Shown one piece after another: positions 61,882 through 64,000 of a stretch of 64,000 bases of DNA. Position 1 is the stretch's first letter. Each line of letters starts with the position of its first letter. Under the pieces are notes generated by a model. That model was not told the DNA's origin. It ran no database searches and was given only the letters and a program-made list of their open reading frames with translations. Made by a program: the position numbers and the translations under genes. The stretch covers positions 16,120,001-16,184,000 of the forward strand of contig NC_091995.1 in the NCBI RefSeq assembly GCF_044704955.1. Direction: 5' to 3'. Origin of the DNA: Pristiophorus japonicus. Lineage: Eukaryota.

Positions 61882-62220
61882 CAGGTGGGACGGATACCAC
61901 GGTCTACCAGTTACCTCCCTTTATAACTGCAACAGAAGGGGAGTCGGTGAAACTGAACTGTGCCGTGGCTACTGCAGGAAACCTATCTTCGATGGGCTCA
62001 GCTCAGTGGACACGGGGTGAACCAAATGGGTACAAACTGGATAATAGTCCATTTTATGGAGACCGGCTGGAGAAATCGGACAAAGATTCATTTTTCAACA
62101 ACAGAGTATTTATTATTATCTCCAACTTGATTGAGAAAGACTCAGACACCTATTACTGCTGGATAAACTTAATGCGAGAAGGGCAGAGTTGCGGAAATGG
62201 CACCAAATTGGAAGTGACGC
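61882..62220 (+). CDS. NCR3: Internal exon encoding a VJ-type Ig V-set domain, NKp30/NCR3-like
   Basis: VYQLPPFITATEGESVKLNC...GSAQWTR...PFYGDRL...DSDTYYC...GNGTKLEV; polypyrimidine TTTTCAG|CAG acceptor (61882 or 61885) and C|GTAAGT donor, both phase 1; motif spacing resembles NKp30 (orthology not established). Confidence 0.85.
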
Positions 62221-62350
62221 GTAAGTTGCAACTTATTGGTTGATAAAGCATGTGTTTTCATTTTCTATTCAAACAGAGCAGGATGAGTTTTGGTCCAATT
62301 TTCCGGACTTGTGATAGGCTGGCTGACCCCAGCAATCTGGGCGCCGATTA

Positions 62351-62780
62351 GTGTCAGCTATGGCTCAGTGGTGGCACCCTCGCTTGTGAGCCAGACGTCA
62401 TGGGTTAAAGTCCCACTCCAAGGACTTGAGCGCAAAAGTCTAGGCTGACGCTCCAGTGCGGTGCTGCGCTGTCGGACGTGCCGTCATTCGGATGAGACGT
62501 TTGCCCTCTCAGGTGGGTGCAAAAGATCGTTTGGCTCTATTTGGAAGAAGAGTTAATCCCCGGTGTCCTGGGGTCAATATTTATCCCTCAATCAACATCA
62601 CTAAAAACAGATTACTTGGCCATTATCACATTGCTATTTGTGGGAGCTTGCTGTGCGCAAATTGGTTCCAAGTTTCCCAGTTTACAACAATGACTACACT
62701 CCAAAATAGTACTTCATTGGCTGCAAAATGCCTTGGGACGTCTCGTGGTCGCTAAATAAATTCAAGTCTTTCTTTCTTTC
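62351..62780 (+). mobile_element. Near full-length Deu-domain SINE
   Basis: tRNA-like head GTGTCAGCTATGGCTCAGTGG, Deu core, 3' tail ending TTCAAGTCTTTCTTTC. Confidence 0.85.
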
Positions 62781-62949
62781 ACGGGGATGGGAATACAATC
62801 TCAAGTCGCTCCTCTTTGCCATACTCAAATCTTTTTTCTCCTGGAAGGTGCTTGTATGTTTGTGAGTATCAGAGGATAAAATTGGAAGCAAAACGGGTGG
62901 ATTAGCATTGGCTGGCTATTATACCACACACCAGATATTCTGTTCTATT

Positions 62950-63437
62950 GAAGAATGATTCCTGGGATGGGGGGTTGTCCTATGAGGTGAAATTGAGGAG
63001 ACTAGGCCTATCTTCTCTAGAGCTTAGAAGAATGAGAGGTGATCTCATTGAAACATACAACATTCTCACAGGGCTTGACCGGATTGATGCAAGGAGGATG
63101 TTACTTCTGGCTGGGGAATCCGGAACCAGCGGTCACAGCCTCAGAATAAGTGGTCGACCATTTAGGACTGAGATGAGGAGAAATTTATTCACTCAGAGGG
63201 TGGTGAATCTTTGGAATTCTCTACCACAGAAAGCTGTGGAAGCTCCGTTGTTGAGTACATTTAAGAAAGAGATCAATAGATGTTTTGGATATTAAGCGAA
63301 TCAAGGGATATGGGGATAATGCAGGAAAGTGGAGTTGAGGTAGAAGATTTGTCGTGATCTTATTGAATGGTGGAGCAGGCTTGAGGGGCCTAATGGCCGA
63401 ATCCTGCTCCTACCTCTTATCTTCTTATGTCCTTATG
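62950..63437 (+). mobile_element. CR1 3' fragment
   Basis: ORF 62948..63295; (CTTATG) tail. Confidence 0.88.
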
Positions 63438-63524
63438 AAATAAATATCATCTGAACCTGTAACGGGCTCCCAATACCGCTTGTGTTGCCAACCTGCTCAT
63501 GCCCAAGGTGCCTACTTTGATTTA

Positions 63525-63860
63525 ATTTGTTTCTGGGATGTGGGCATCACTGGCATGGCCGACATTTATTACCCATCCATAATTGCCCTTGAACAGGTGG
63601 TGGTGAGCCGCCTTCTTGAACCGCTGCAGTCTGCGTGGCAAATGTACTCCCCCACAGTGCTGTTAGGGAGGGAGTTCCAAGATTTTGACCCAGCGCCGAT
63701 GAAGGAAAGGCCGATATATTTTCAAGTCAGGATGGTGTGTGTGACTTGGAGGTGATCTTGGAGGTGGTGGTGTCCCCATGCGTCTGCTGCCCTTGTCCTT
63801 CGAGGCGGCAGAGGTCGTGGGTTTGGGAAGTGCTGCTGAAGAAGCTTGGCAGAGCAGGAT
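63525..63860 (-). mobile_element. LINE/SINE 3' fragment
   Basis: Tail shared with the SINEs at 49745 and 51975. Confidence 0.6.
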
Positions 63861-64000
63861 TGTGATGCTTTTTAGAGTCAAATAGCCAAACTCACCTTCT
63901 GGGCTTAACTTTGAATAATCACCATTAAATTGATATCTTGGGCGCTCCAAGTGAAGAAAAAATCCATGAAGATTCCATGTAATGAGAACATGGGACAAAA

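Noticed and set aside
61882-62260. Rearranging TCR, Ig or IgNAR V segment
   Set aside because: J-like strand already joined, splice donor follows, no CACAGTG/nonamer RSS
62781-62870. Possible downstream stalk or TM exon ending at GTGAGT
   Set aside because: No AG acceptor after the SINE pyrimidine tail and no convincing TM helix in any frame

Overview
Vertebrate nuclear DNA, most likely from a shark or other cartilaginous fish. The basis is the dominance of CR1 LINEs, RTE LINEs, Penelope GIY-YIG remnants and Deu-domain (SacSINE1-like) SINEs; the species cannot be determined. Roughly 5-47 kb is a decaying, segmentally duplicated array of about 20 tRNA-Arg(CCT/CCG)-derived copies. Only the copy at 11361-11433 folds cleanly. 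The array is built from a recurring cassette: tRNA, T4 terminator and Deu-SINE on one side, and a conserved ~0.8 kb upstream spacer on the other. In five places the cassette also carries an unidentified CpG-rich ~0.7-0.85 kb 'X unit' with promoter-like motifs and a ~129-codon ORF. The array has been reshaped by tandem and inverted duplications and nested insertions, including a CR1 in a tRNA anticodon loop, and it contains a homogenised C2H2 zinc-finger array (39.1-40.2 kb). From 47.5 kb the sequence is intergenic or intronic with CR1 fragments, a CTCF-like motif, and one clear host exon: a germline-joined VJ-type Ig domain resembling NKp30/NCR3 (61882-62220). There are two assembly gaps. Repeat boundaries were set by eye and are approximate. 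No database searches were run.
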